Positions 44,946-55,114 of a DNA stretch of 64,000 nt are shown here, piece by piece. Every line of letters begins with the position of its first letter. Position 1 is the stretch's first letter. Source of the DNA: Clostridia bacterium (GTDB taxonomy: Bacteria; Bacillota; Clostridia; Oscillospirales; CAG-272); assembly GCA_017440665.1 (NCBI GenBank), contig JAFSGU010000008.1, positions 17,987-81,986 on the forward strand. The letters run 5' to 3'. Below the pieces are notes generated by a model that saw nothing but the letters and a program-made list of their open reading frames with translations, was not told the origin of the DNA and searched no databases. Both the position numbers and the translations under genes were made by a program.

Positions 44946-46133
44946 GTGAACAGAATAAGAAAGATCTCCTCCGTTCTGATGACTGCGGTATTCGTAACGG
45001 CACTTTGCGCCGCGATGCTCATCTTCATCTTTTCGAAAAAGGATGACGTGAGCTATTACGAAAACAGAAGTCTTGCAGACCTTCCCGAATTCACGTGGGA
45101 CGGAGCTCTTGACGGCAGTCTGTTTGAGGAGCTTGGCTCTTACGTGAAGGACCATGCTCCCGCAAGGGATGGGTTTCTTGCGGCAACGACGTGGACGGAT
45201 ATCAACGTACTGCGCCGTCCCGTGGTGAATGATATATACTTAGGTGACGGCGTGCTTCTGCCGTATTTTCCCCATGAAGAGATCGACACCGTGGAAATAG
45301 CGGAAAAAGCGGCGGACGCGGCGGACAGGTTTTATGAAAGAGTCCGTCTTGCGGAAAGCTTCGGCGGGGAATACTACTTTGTGGCGATGCCGTGCCAGTA
45401 TACCTGCTACGCGGACAAGTACCCCTCTTACTTAAATAACAGAGACGAGTATTTGACCGCAGCAAGGGATGCTTTCCTCGGTGAGCTTGCAGAGAGGGGA
45501 GTCACTACCCTTGACGCAGGCGAGCTGTACGGGACCATGGGTCGTCCCGATTATTTTACTTCAACTGTTGACCACCATTTCGGCATCATGGGTGCGTACG
45601 AGACCTACAAGGCTATGCTCTCCCTACACATGGAAAAGACGGGGGACGTGCTCGACGTTCTTGAAGAAGACGAGTTTGAAGTTGAAAGTCTTCCGAATAA
45701 GTACGTGGGAAGCAGGCTCCGTAAAATATTCGGCATGTGGGAAAGTGACGAAAAGCTGGGAATCATAGTGCCGAAGGACGACGTTCCCTACACCCGTTAC
45801 AACAACGGGTACAATGTAGCATCCACCGTCGTCACTCTTCCCGAAAGCGAGGAGGACGACGTGCTGTACACCGCATACATGGGCGGAGACATTGCACATA
45901 CTGTTATCGACACGGGAAGGGACGAGCTTCCCACCGTGCTCATATACGGCGAGAGCTTTACCAATGCCATCGAGACCTTCGCGTGGCACGGCTTCAACGA
46001 GATGCACTCTCTTGACCTGAGATATGCTGAAGAGGGCGCGTACGAAGCCCTGATCGAAGAAGTCAAGCCGGATATCGTAATTTGTATAAGAGACTATTCC
46101 GTGCTTCTCGAAACGGAAGGCTACGGACACTGA
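44946..46133 (+). CDS. DHHW-family protein (AlgJ/PatB-like partner of MBOAT), copy 1
   Basis: ORF 44925..46133. I prefer the GTG at 44946, which lies 8 nt after GGGAGGG. The protein has an N-terminal TM anchor and the motif TVDHHFGIMGAY. Confidence 0.7.
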   Translation: MNRIRKISSVLMTAVFVTALCAAMLIFIFSKKDDVSYYENRSLADLPEFTWDGALDGSLFEELGSYVKDHAPARDGFLAATTWTDINVLRRPVVNDIYLGDGVLLPYFPHEEIDTVEIAEKAADAADRFYERVRLAESFGGEYYFVAMPCQYTCYADKYPSYLNNRDEYLTAARDAFLGELAERGVTTLDAGELYGTMGRPDYFTSTVDHHFGIMGAYETYKAMLSLHMEKTGDVLDVLEEDEFEVESLPNKYVGSRLRKIFGMWESDEKLGIIVPKDDVPYTRYNNGYNVASTVVTLPESEEDDVLYTAYMGGDIAHTVIDTGRDELPTVLIYGESFTNAIETFAWHGFNEMHSLDLRYAEEGAYEALIEEVKPDIVICIRDYSVLLETEGYGH

Positions 46134-46161
46134 TATAAGACGAAACGAAAGGAAAACAACA

Positions 46162-46818
46162 ATGACACCAAAGGCAGTAATTTTCGATCTTGACGGAACA
46201 CTTCTTGACACTCTGTCAGACCTTACCTATGCAGTAAACGTAACTCTTGAAAGACGCGGATATCCTACCCGTACCTCCGCCGAGGTGAGAAGCTTTATCG
46301 GCGACGGAGCTGAGATGCTCATCCGCCGTGCTCTCCCCGCAGTCACAGATGAAGCGGAGGTAAAGGCGGCAACTGCGGAATATAAGCAGATATACCTTGA
46401 TAATCTTCTCCGCGAGACTGCACCCTATGCGGGTATTCCCGAAATGCTGGCTGAGCTTAAGAGACGCGGCATCAAGAGCGCGGTCGTTTCAAACAAATAC
46501 TACAAGTCCACAAAGGAGCTGTGCGACATCTTCTTCAAGGATATCGACGGCGTGATGGGCGAGATGGAGGAGTGCGGCATCAAGCGCAAGCCCGCGCCCG
46601 ATATGCTTCTCCGCGTTATGGACGAGCTGGGAGCCGCGCCTGAAAACACACTTTACTCAGGCGACTCCGACGTTGACGTTATTACCGCGGGAAGAGCCGG
46701 TGTAAAATGTATTTCCGTCACGTGGGGCTTTCAGGATGAGGACAGACTTCGTTCTGCGGGAGCCGAATACGTGGCGCATCATCCCTCTGAGATCATAAGT
46801 ATTATCGACAGCATCTGA
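46162..46818 (+). CDS. HAD-IA hydrolase (phosphoglycolate phosphatase-like)
   Basis: The motifs are VIFDLDGTLLDT, VVSNK and GDSDVDV. Confidence 0.85.
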   Translation: MTPKAVIFDLDGTLLDTLSDLTYAVNVTLERRGYPTRTSAEVRSFIGDGAEMLIRRALPAVTDEAEVKAATAEYKQIYLDNLLRETAPYAGIPEMLAELKRRGIKSAVVSNKYYKSTKELCDIFFKDIDGVMGEMEECGIKRKPAPDMLLRVMDELGAAPENTLYSGDSDVDVITAGRAGVKCISVTWGFQDEDRLRSAGAEYVAHHPSEIISIIDSI

Positions 46819-46848
46819 GCTTCTGCTTGTTTTGATTGGAGTTAACTG

Positions 46849-48255
46849 ATGGTATTTTCGCATCCGTTTTTTGTGTACGCCTTTCTGGCGGTGCTTTTTG
46901 CAGCGTTCTTTGCGGTGAAGGGAAATGCCGTAAGACGCGGCATCCTTATCGCGTTCTCCCTTGTTTTCTACGGCTGGGGAGAGCCGGTGTACGTATTTTT
47001 GATGATCCTGACGGTAGGCTTTGACTACCTGTTCGGCAGACTGATAGACGTATATCGGGATCCTAAAATGAAAAAGCTGTGGATGGTGCTCTCCGTTGCG
47101 GTGAGTCTTGCGATACTTGGCTTCTTTAAGTATACGGGCTTTGCGGTGGAGACTGTCAACGCCCTTATCGGCACATCCATACCCGTGCCGAAGATAGTAA
47201 TGCCCATCGGCATCAGCTTCTTCATCTTCCAGGCTATGTCCTACGTTATCGACGTATACAGAGGGGACACTCCCGTGCAAAAGTCCTTTACCAGACTTCT
47301 TTTGTACGTATCCCTTTTCCCTCAGCTGATAGCAGGTCCCATCGTCCGCTACAAGGACATCGAGGATCAGCTTGACGACATGAGCGTGCGTCCATTCGAG
47401 ATTAACGACGGTATCTACCGTTTTGCGGTGGGTGCCGCGAAAAAGCTGCTTATTGCAGATACCTGCTTTGCGGCGGCTGAGTCGTTTTATGCTTTGACGG
47501 ACGTGACCGTCATGGGCCGATGGATCGGCGCAGTATTCTTCGCTTTGCAGATATACTACGACTTCTCGGGATACTCCGACATGGCGATAGGCCTTGGCAA
47601 AATGTTCGGCTTTAAGTTTAACGAGAACTTCAACTACCCCTATGCTTCGCGCAGTGCGACGGAATTCTGGAGACGTTGGCATATCTCACTTGGCACGTTC
47701 TTCAGAGATTACGTGTACATTCCTTTAGGCGGTAACAGACGATGCCACATAAGAAATATCGTGGTGGTCTGGTTCCTGACGGGTCTGTGGCACGGTGCGT
47801 CATGGAATTTCGTGCTGTGGGGACTGTTCTACGGTGTACTTCTCATTTTTGAAAAGAAATTTTTCCTTGGCTTTATGGAAAGAATAAATCCTGTAGTCAG
47901 TGAGATAATATCCCGTGTATACGTGGCGTTTATCACTGTGTTCGGCTTTGCGCTGTTTTACTTTACCGACGACACGGCAAAGTCCATCGGATACCTTTTC
48001 GGTATCGGTGTGGACGGCTTCAGCGATATTTTTGCAAGATCGCTGTTTATGGGTAACTTGAACCTGCTTATTGCAGGTATCCTGTTCTCCCTGCCGACGG
48101 TACCCTTCATCGTAAAGCTGTTCCGTTCCCGCTTTAAGGTATCCTATGAGGCGAGACGGTACGTTATGACGGCGGTGTCGATAGCTCTGCTTCTGCTGTC
48201 AACGGTCAGAATGATCGGCGACACGTACAGCCCGTTCTTATACTGGAATTTCTGA
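46849..48255 (+). CDS. MBOAT-family O-acyltransferase, copy 2
   Basis: The 468-aa protein is clearly paralogous to 43510..44928 (FSGYSDMAIG, FWRRWHISLGTFFRDYVY, WHGASWNF). Confidence 0.9.
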   Translation: MVFSHPFFVYAFLAVLFAAFFAVKGNAVRRGILIAFSLVFYGWGEPVYVFLMILTVGFDYLFGRLIDVYRDPKMKKLWMVLSVAVSLAILGFFKYTGFAVETVNALIGTSIPVPKIVMPIGISFFIFQAMSYVIDVYRGDTPVQKSFTRLLLYVSLFPQLIAGPIVRYKDIEDQLDDMSVRPFEINDGIYRFAVGAAKKLLIADTCFAAAESFYALTDVTVMGRWIGAVFFALQIYYDFSGYSDMAIGLGKMFGFKFNENFNYPYASRSATEFWRRWHISLGTFFRDYVYIPLGGNRRCHIRNIVVVWFLTGLWHGASWNFVLWGLFYGVLLIFEKKFFLGFMERINPVVSEIISRVYVAFITVFGFALFYFTDDTAKSIGYLFGIGVDGFSDIFARSLFMGNLNLLIAGILFSLPTVPFIVKLFRSRFKVSYEARRYVMTAVSIALLLLSTVRMIGDTYSPFLYWNF

Positions 48256-48268
48256 GAGGGGTGCAGGT

Positions 48269-50002
48269 ATGAACAATAATTTTAATAATAACAGCCGTCC
48301 TGCATTCCGCAAAGGACAGGTGAATGACAGAAGCACGGCGGGCATTAACCGTCCCGTGATGACTCCCGAGGAGCGAGCGAGACGGGAGAGGCTAAAGAGG
48401 GAACGCATCCGCCGTGAGATGATCCGCCGCAGAAAGCGTGCGGACTTCATATGTCTTGCTGTGGTGGCGGCAGTGTTCGGACTTATCGCTGTATTAAATA
48501 TGTTTCAGCTTGACCGTCCCACCGAGTCCGAGGTGGAAAAGCGCAAGCTGGCTGAGTTCCCACGCATTACGTTTGAGTCTCTCGTGTCGGGAGATTTTAC
48601 CGAGGGTATAAACCTTTATTTTGCGGATACGTTTTTGTTCCGTGATTCTGTGGTGTCTCTTTCAAAGAAGCTTGACAGCCTTAAAGGATATGAGCTTGAC
48701 CTTGGAGACGGCGGGTTTGAGGTCCTTGACCCCGGTACGTCAAAGGATGAGGACGATTCATCCGTGGGCGACATTCTTGCGGGACTTGAGGATAATACCC
48801 AGGCTGACACCTCAAAGCCTGACGAAGAGCCTGTGCCCGAGGGCGGTATACGCATCAACAAAACTGCCCTTACCCTTACGGTGGGCGGCGGTGCCGTTCT
48901 TACTGCTGAGCTTGACGAGACTGTAACGGATGACGTCACGTGGGAGGTCGATAACGCAGACGCAGTTGAGCTGACCTTTGACGAGGACGGCGCAAAGCTT
49001 AAAGCAAAGGCTTCCGGTGAGGCGGTGGTGACCTGCAGAGCGGGGGACGCCTCGGCGGTATGTAAGGTCAAGGTAGAGAGCATTGCCTTCGGCGGTGTCG
49101 ACAACGGCGGTACTGCAGACTTTATGACCAACGGTCTGTTCATATACGGCGACGCTGTGTACACACAGCCGTGGTATCTTGAAAACTACGCTTCCGAATA
49201 CGGTGACACGCTTGCGTATTACAAAAAGATATTCCCCGACTCCCGTGTCAGCGCGTGTGTTATCCCCACCTCGGCGATACGCATCGACAACGGGGAGATA
49301 AGGGAGAAACTACCCGATCAGGCGGAGATATTCACCCGTCTTGACGAGCTTATCGGCACCAAGGTCAATTTCGTAAACACCTATGCCGAGATGTACAACC
49401 ACCGCGACGAGTATATCTACTTCAAAAGCGACCACCATTGGACACAGCGGGGCGCGTACTATGCGTACAAGGCGTTTGTGGAATCCGTGGGGCTTGAGGC
49501 GGCTGAGCATGATGACTTCAACATCAAGGTGCTCACCGACAGCTACAGCGGTTCGATGTACGAATATACCAAAAACGACAAGGTGAAATCCTTCAAGGAC
49601 ACTGTTGAGGCGTTCATGACAAAGAAGAAGCTGACCATGACCGTTACCGACAGAAGCGGTGCGGTCACCGTGTACGACACGGCGATCATGGAAAGCAGTA
49701 AGACCTATTCGGCGTTCCTTTGCGGAGACAATCCCTACACGGTCATAAACGTTCCCGAAAACCCTCAGGACAGAAATATTCTGGTGCTGAAGGACTCATA
49801 CGGAAACGCATTCGTTCCCTTCCTTGCGGAGAACTACGGTAACATCATGGTAGTGGACACAAGATATACCACCATGAACGTGAAAGAGATGTTTGCTGAC
49901 TATGACCTTACCGACATTCTGTTTATAAACAATCTGGAGGCGGCAAACTCACCCGCGTGGGCAAAAATGTATCTGAGAGCGGCGGGAGTTGCGGTGGACT
50001 GA
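48269..50002 (+). CDS. DHHW-family protein with a Big_2-like Ig domain, copy 2
   Basis: The protein has a basic cytoplasmic N-terminus and a TM segment, then LTVGGGAVLTAEL...VTWEVDNADAV (Ig-like), then FKSDHHWTQRGAYYAY. Confidence 0.75.
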   Translation: MNNNFNNNSRPAFRKGQVNDRSTAGINRPVMTPEERARRERLKRERIRREMIRRRKRADFICLAVVAAVFGLIAVLNMFQLDRPTESEVEKRKLAEFPRITFESLVSGDFTEGINLYFADTFLFRDSVVSLSKKLDSLKGYELDLGDGGFEVLDPGTSKDEDDSSVGDILAGLEDNTQADTSKPDEEPVPEGGIRINKTALTLTVGGGAVLTAELDETVTDDVTWEVDNADAVELTFDEDGAKLKAKASGEAVVTCRAGDASAVCKVKVESIAFGGVDNGGTADFMTNGLFIYGDAVYTQPWYLENYASEYGDTLAYYKKIFPDSRVSACVIPTSAIRIDNGEIREKLPDQAEIFTRLDELIGTKVNFVNTYAEMYNHRDEYIYFKSDHHWTQRGAYYAYKAFVESVGLEAAEHDDFNIKVLTDSYSGSMYEYTKNDKVKSFKDTVEAFMTKKKLTMTVTDRSGAVTVYDTAIMESSKTYSAFLCGDNPYTVINVPENPQDRNILVLKDSYGNAFVPFLAENYGNIMVVDTRYTTMNVKEMFADYDLTDILFINNLEAANSPAWAKMYLRAAGVAVD

Positions 50003-50003
50003 T

Positions 50004-50648
50004 ATGGAATCACAAGTACTACCGATCCACAACCGTCACAGACAAAGACTCAGAGCGAAATTTGAGCGAGATGAGGCTACGATGTGTGACCACGAGATGC
50101 TTGAGCTGTTTCTCTTTGACGCGGTGCCAAGGCACAACACAAATACCATTGCTCACGCTCTGCTTGACCGATTCGGCTCCCTTCTCGGAGTGTTTGCGGC
50201 AGATAAGGCGGAGCTGATGATAATTCCCGGTGTTGGCGAGGGTGTTGCTACGTATATCAAGGAAACCTATGAGGAATACTGCGGCAGTATGCACGCGGCA
50301 TTGCCGAATGGGGAACCTGTCAGCTTGAGACAGGTGCGAAACTTCATGATATGGCACAGAATGCATGAGACAGTCCGACGGGGCGGCGATGCTTACGTGA
50401 CGGTGATCGCGTTATCCTATGGCAATGCGGTATCGGATATATACGATACCGACGACGAAGCAAGCGCCATAAAAAGCGCCATAAAAAACGAAAAGTCCTG
50501 CGGTACCCATGCCGTAATTATCGGCATTGGCAGCGGGACGGAGGATGCTGACGTTCTTCGGGACGACTGCTTCGTTACAGATGTGATCTGCGTAAACGGT
50601 ACGGTGGCGGAGAGTCTGCGCTGCGAGGATCTTACAAAAAACAAATAG
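50004..50648 (+). CDS. RadC-like protein lacking the JAMM motif
   Basis: The N-terminal half resembles RadC (HRQRLRAKF..., MLELFLF, LLDRFGSLLGVFAADKAELMIIPGVGEGVA, which is helix-hairpin-helix-like). I see no HxHPSG or JAMM His/Asp cluster in the C-terminal half. Confidence 0.55.
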   Translation: MESQVLPIHNRHRQRLRAKFERDEATMCDHEMLELFLFDAVPRHNTNTIAHALLDRFGSLLGVFAADKAELMIIPGVGEGVATYIKETYEEYCGSMHAALPNGEPVSLRQVRNFMIWHRMHETVRRGGDAYVTVIALSYGNAVSDIYDTDDEASAIKSAIKNEKSCGTHAVIIGIGSGTEDADVLRDDCFVTDVICVNGTVAESLRCEDLTKNK

Positions 50649-50653
50649 ATAAA

Positions 50654-50682
50654 AGGCTTCATGAGATACTCTCATGAAGCCT
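50654..50682. terminator. Bidirectional terminator between convergent genes
   Basis: AGGCTTCATGAGA tac TCTCATGAAGCCT forms a perfect 13-bp stem, with an A-run upstream and T-rich sequence downstream. Confidence 0.8.
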
Positions 50683-50703
50683 CAGCTTTTATATATCATA
50701 CCG

Positions 50704-52371
50704 TTACTCTGCGGTGCAGAATCGGAAGATGATGACTGCTACCTCTTCGCGTGTCGCATCATTCTTGGGTGCAAGAAAAGATTTGTCACCGGAGGACTGA
50801 CCCTTGATGAGTCCGACTCCGTTTGCCCACGCAAGCGCGTCTTTGGCATAGCTTCCGACGCTGCCGGCATCGGGGAAGGAGGAGATGTCGTTTTTGACAC
50901 CCGACACGTCAACCTTAAGATAGTTAACGGTATATCTGTAAAGGAAAGTGGCGATCTGTTCGCGTGTTACCTCGGCGTTAGGTGCGAACGTCGCAGCGCT
51001 CGTACCCGTTACGATACCGTTCTCATATGCCCAGACAACCGCGTTGTGATACCAGCTCTGTGCGGGGTCAAGATCGGTGAATGGGGACGCAGACAAAACG
51101 GTGGGTGAACCTGCCAGTCGGTAAAGGACGGTCACGAACATGGACCGGGTCATCTTTCCCGTTTGCTTGAAATCGCCGTTGCCGGTGTCGCCCATAAGCC
51201 CGTTGGAGCTTACAAAGTTGATACCGTCCTCGGACCAGCTCTTGGACACGTAATTTTTGTAGACGTCCTCTGCATGGACGTAGGGTATGGAAATGCGTTC
51301 ACTCTTAGCACCGCAGACAAGACAGATGCCGGATTTCTCTCCGCTTTGTACGGATGTAGCATATCGGTTGATACGAAAAGCTCCGTCTGAAATATGTCCT
51401 ACGTCCTTTAACTTATAGCTGTCGGTGGAGATGGGATATCTTGACGTGAACTCTGCGGTGAGGAAGCTTTCGTCGGCGATGTGGTCGTCAAACTCTTCGC
51501 TTCCGCAGAATATGTAGGCATATTCCCGATCTGCACGGATCCTCTGAGCATCCCATGTTGCGTCGAAAAGATAATAACGTCCGTCATCACCGCGGATGAT
51601 ATTCCAGGCGTGCGCTCCTCCGTTACCGATGCCGGAGATGATACGGCAATCGATCCCGAGCTCAAGAGCAAGCCTGTAGATGAGATTTGCGTATCCCTGA
51701 CAAACCGCAGTTTTGTTTAACAGCGCGGCATAGGCGGAATACTTAAGCTTGTAGCTGCTGTTGTTCAGGTTCTCGTTGTCGTACTCCGTATTGTTTGTTA
51801 CGAACCTGTATATTGCAATGGTCTTTTCGTAGTCGGTAGTGTAGTTTTGCTTGATTATTTGGACGATCTTTTCTACGGCACGGTCGACAGCAGCCTCTTG
51901 TTCGGTATTTGTGTAGTATTTCAAACTGAATGTAAATGTGTAGTAACATATACCGCTTCGCTTGAATCCTTCATAGGAGCATTTATAGTTGCTGTATTGG
52001 TAACGCAGATAATCTCCTCCGCGGGGGTCCCCCGTGTGCTGAAAGATGCGTTCGAACAGAGTGTCGAAAAATCCATCGTCGACAACGCTGTCGCGGGAGT
52101 ATTTCAAAACAATGTGCTCTTCCCGTTCCTCCATGCGGCGTACGATCTCACGTACGAAATCGTCGAAGGTGTCTATATACTCTGATCCTCCTGCTTCGGC
52201 GGAAACGCTTAAAGCGTATGGATCAGAGGTATGTGCTGTGATCCCGCCCTCATTCTCTACCGTGTAGGAACCGAGATATTCGGTGCCTGCGTCCAAGTTC
52301 GCAGCGGCAACGGGGAAACAGAGTGTGAGGCAGAGGATTAACGAAAGTGTGACTTTTGAAATTTTGGTCAT
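50704..52371 (-). CDS. Secreted transglutaminase-like (Cys protease fold) protein with C-terminal SLH domains
   Basis: The protein has a signal peptide. The core is CQGYANLIYRL...GGAHAWNII...LFDATWD (a Cys-His-Asp triad pattern). The C-terminal repeats FTDL...WYHNAVVWAYENGIVTG and TREQIATFLYRY are typical of SLH domains. Confidence 0.8.
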   Translation of the reverse strand: MTKISKVTLSLILCLTLCFPVAAANLDAGTEYLGSYTVENEGGITAHTSDPYALSVSAEAGGSEYIDTFDDFVREIVRRMEEREEHIVLKYSRDSVVDDGFFDTLFERIFQHTGDPRGGDYLRYQYSNYKCSYEGFKRSGICYYTFTFSLKYYTNTEQEAAVDRAVEKIVQIIKQNYTTDYEKTIAIYRFVTNNTEYDNENLNNSSYKLKYSAYAALLNKTAVCQGYANLIYRLALELGIDCRIISGIGNGGAHAWNIIRGDDGRYYLFDATWDAQRIRADREYAYIFCGSEEFDDHIADESFLTAEFTSRYPISTDSYKLKDVGHISDGAFRINRYATSVQSGEKSGICLVCGAKSERISIPYVHAEDVYKNYVSKSWSEDGINFVSSNGLMGDTGNGDFKQTGKMTRSMFVTVLYRLAGSPTVLSASPFTDLDPAQSWYHNAVVWAYENGIVTGTSAATFAPNAEVTREQIATFLYRYTVNYLKVDVSGVKNDISSFPDAGSVGSYAKDALAWANGVGLIKGQSSGDKSFLAPKNDATREEVAVIIFRFCTAE

Positions 52372-52393
52372 TAGGATATTCCTTTCCGGTATG

Positions 52394-53323
52394 TCAGCCG
52401 TTCTTCTTTGGAAGGATAATACGTGTAGCTGCGGGGATTATCTCGATCTCGGGATTTTCCATGACCTGAACTTCACCGTCAAACTGGATCGTTATGGGCT
52501 TGTCGGAGATCATTTTGATCTTCTTGCATCTTTGGTATTTGACGAAGGGCATCTTTTCGATATGTTCGCCTTTTTTGTATATGGAAACGTATTTAAGAAA
52601 TTCGAGACGGGAGATGGTTCGGATCGTTATGAAATCCATAAGTCCGTCGGAGATGTCAGCATAGGGTGTGGCTTTGAAGCCTCCGCCGTACCATTTTCCG
52701 TTACCCGCAACGGCAAGTGTGATATAATCACTGCCAACGGCAAGAGGAACACCGTCAAGCTCGAAGCTTATCTTGTTTTTCATAGCCGTCATAAAGGATA
52801 GTCCGAGGGCCACCTTATACGCCATGCCTCCTGAGATGCCGGGTACCTTTTTGAACGTCTTCTGCCTTGCGCCTACCACCGCGTCAAGACCCACGGAAAT
52901 GATGTTTACGCTGTAATAGTCTCCCGCGCGCATCACGTCGCAGGGGATAGTGTCGCCGCGGATACAAGCGGATATATCGAGAAAATCCTCTTTTTCGTAT
53001 CCGTCGAAGCATCTGACGAAGTCGTTTCCGCTTCCGACTGGTACAGGGCATACGGATACGTTTGTAAGACCTACGGCGGCACTTACGACCTCGTTGATGG
53101 TGCCGTCGCCTCCGCATGCGTAAATACGGACCTCATCCGCGTCGTCAGCGGCGGCTTTCGTAAATACGCCGGCGTCGCCCTTTGCGGCGGTGGTCTTTAT
53201 CTCAAAGATATTCGTTTCGGGATCGAGCGAGGCAATAGCTTCGTATATTTTGCGGCTGAGAGTGTCAAAGGAATTTGTTTTTCCTGCTACGGGGTTAATG
53301 ATAAAAAGGTGCTTTGTGATCAT
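52394..53323 (-). CDS. Diacylglycerol/lipid kinase family protein (YegS/DagK)
   Basis: ORF 52394..53362. The start is at MITKHLFIINPVAGK. The GGDGT motif appears as ACGGDGTINEV. Confidence 0.88.
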   Translation of the reverse strand: MITKHLFIINPVAGKTNSFDTLSRKIYEAIASLDPETNIFEIKTTAAKGDAGVFTKAAADDADEVRIYACGGDGTINEVVSAAVGLTNVSVCPVPVGSGNDFVRCFDGYEKEDFLDISACIRGDTIPCDVMRAGDYYSVNIISVGLDAVVGARQKTFKKVPGISGGMAYKVALGLSFMTAMKNKISFELDGVPLAVGSDYITLAVAGNGKWYGGGFKATPYADISDGLMDFITIRTISRLEFLKYVSIYKKGEHIEKMPFVKYQRCKKIKMISDKPITIQFDGEVQVMENPEIEIIPAATRIILPKKNG

Positions 53324-53642
53324 AACTGCTCCGTTCTGTGTCCCGTACGGTAGAGGGTACACAATTACTCATTATACTAAGTATATTATAAAACATTTTT
53401 TGTCGAATGTGAAGTGCTCTCCGCGAAAAAATGGTATTTTGAGCGTTTTTTTTACCAGCGTTGAAGGTTTTCAACAGTGTCATGGGAAAAGAAAAACAAA
53501 ATGAGCCGTATAGTAAGAAAAAATTGAATTATTACCCCCCGCATGGTTGTTTTACGTGAGAAAATATGTTATAATATTATATTATAATGGTATAGTTGTA
53601 TGTACATGCCGTCGGGCTGTACGGATAACGTTTGGAGAAGCG

Positions 53643-54167
53643 ATGAGAATTTTAGGAATAGACCCCGGTATCGCCATCGTGGGTTGGGGAGTTGTCGACT
53701 ACGTGGGCGGGAAATTCCGTCCCGTGGCATACGGAGCCATCCGCACGGAGGCAAACACTCCCACCGAGGACAGACTGAACTCGGTATACGAGGACCTTAC
53801 CACGGTGATAGAAAGATATAAGCCGGATACCCTGGCGATAGAGGAGCTTTTCTGGAACACCAACCAGAAGACGGGTATCATCGTAGCGGAGGCGAGAGGC
53901 GTCATTCTGCTTTGCGCCACACGCCACGGGCTGGACATAAACGAATACACACCTCTGCAGATAAAGCAGGCGGTGGTCGGATACGGAAGGGCGGAGAAAA
54001 AGCAGGTCATCAGCATGGTCACCATGATGCTTGGGCTGACAAAGCCTCCCTCACCCGACGATACGGCGGACGCCATTGCCGTGGCAATATGCCATGCGCA
54101 CAGCGGATCGTCAAGACTTAGGGATTTCTACAACAAACCTACGACCATGAAAGGAAAGATCGATTGA
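53643..54167 (+). CDS. ruvC: Crossover junction endodeoxyribonuclease RuvC
   Basis: ORF 53547..54167. The start at MRILGIDPGIAIVGWGVV follows GGAGAA. The catalytic region DTADAIAVAICHA lies near the C-terminus. Confidence 0.92.
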   Translation: MRILGIDPGIAIVGWGVVDYVGGKFRPVAYGAIRTEANTPTEDRLNSVYEDLTTVIERYKPDTLAIEELFWNTNQKTGIIVAEARGVILLCATRHGLDINEYTPLQIKQAVVGYGRAEKKQVISMVTMMLGLTKPPSPDDTADAIAVAICHAHSGSSRLRDFYNKPTTMKGKID

Positions 54168-54168
54168 T

Positions 54169-55068
54169 ATGTGGATTTGCGATAACTGGAAGGATTACGA
54201 GCTTCTCGACGCCTCCTGCGGTGAGCGTCTTGAAAGATGGGGAGATTACATACTGATACGTCCCGACCCGCAGATCATCTGGAATACACCTAAGAAGGAT
54301 CCCCTTTGGAAGAAGGCCCACGGTGTTTACAAGAGACGGGGAGGCGGCGGTGCATGGACTGTCGCAAATATGCCCGATATGTGGACCATAAATTACGGTA
54401 ACTACAAGTTCCAGATAAAGCCTATGGGCTTTAAGCATACGGGTATCTTCCCCGAGCAGGCGGCAAACTGGGACTGGGCATCATCCATCATCAGACGTGC
54501 TATCGAAACACAGCCCGAAAAGTACGAAAACGGCAGACCCTCCGTGCTGAATCTTTTCGCATATACGGGTGGTGCTACGGTTGCGTGCGCCGAGGCGGGA
54601 GCCGCCCTTTGTCACGTTGATGCATCCAAGGGTATGGTTGCGGCGGCAAAGGAAAATATGCGTCTGACGGGACTTGAAAATGCTCCCTGCAGATACATAG
54701 TCGACGACTGTAAGAAATTTGTTGAAAGAGAGCTTCGCCGCGGCAGACGCTACGACGCAGTTATCATGGATCCCCCCTCATACGGCAGAGGACCCAACGG
54801 TGAGGTGTGGAAGCTGGAGGAATGTGCCGCTGAGCTTATATCCCTTGTGGCGCAGGTGCTCACGGATGAGCCTCTCTTCTTCCTTATCAACTCATACACC
54901 ACGGGACTTTCCCCCGCTACCATGGGTTATATGCTCATGAGCAGTCTCGGCGAGCGAGGACGCAGCGGTGTCCTTGAAACGGGAGAGACGGGTATCCCCG
55001 TCAGAAACAGCGGACTTGTTCTGCCCAGCGGAGCAAGCGCAAGATGGACGTCAAAGAGCGTTCTGTAA
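54169..55068 (+). CDS. Class I SAM-dependent (rRNA large-subunit RlmI/RlmK-like) methyltransferase
   Basis: The SAM-binding region is VLNLFAYTGGATVACA, followed by DASKG and IMDPPSYGRG. Confidence 0.65.
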   Translation: MWICDNWKDYELLDASCGERLERWGDYILIRPDPQIIWNTPKKDPLWKKAHGVYKRRGGGGAWTVANMPDMWTINYGNYKFQIKPMGFKHTGIFPEQAANWDWASSIIRRAIETQPEKYENGRPSVLNLFAYTGGATVACAEAGAALCHVDASKGMVAAAKENMRLTGLENAPCRYIVDDCKKFVERELRRGRRYDAVIMDPPSYGRGPNGEVWKLEECAAELISLVAQVLTDEPLFFLINSYTTGLSPATMGYMLMSSLGERGRSGVLETGETGIPVRNSGLVLPSGASARWTSKSVL

Positions 55069-55114
55069 GGTTTTGATATTCAGTAAGACTGTAATGCTTG
55101 AAGAAAGGGTTCCG

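Noticed and set aside
53555-53575. Possible SOS box (GAAAATATGTTA) overlapping the ruvC -10 region.
   Set aside because: Both conserved half-sites are degenerate (GAAA/GTTA rather than GAAC/GTTC), so I do not consider it supported.
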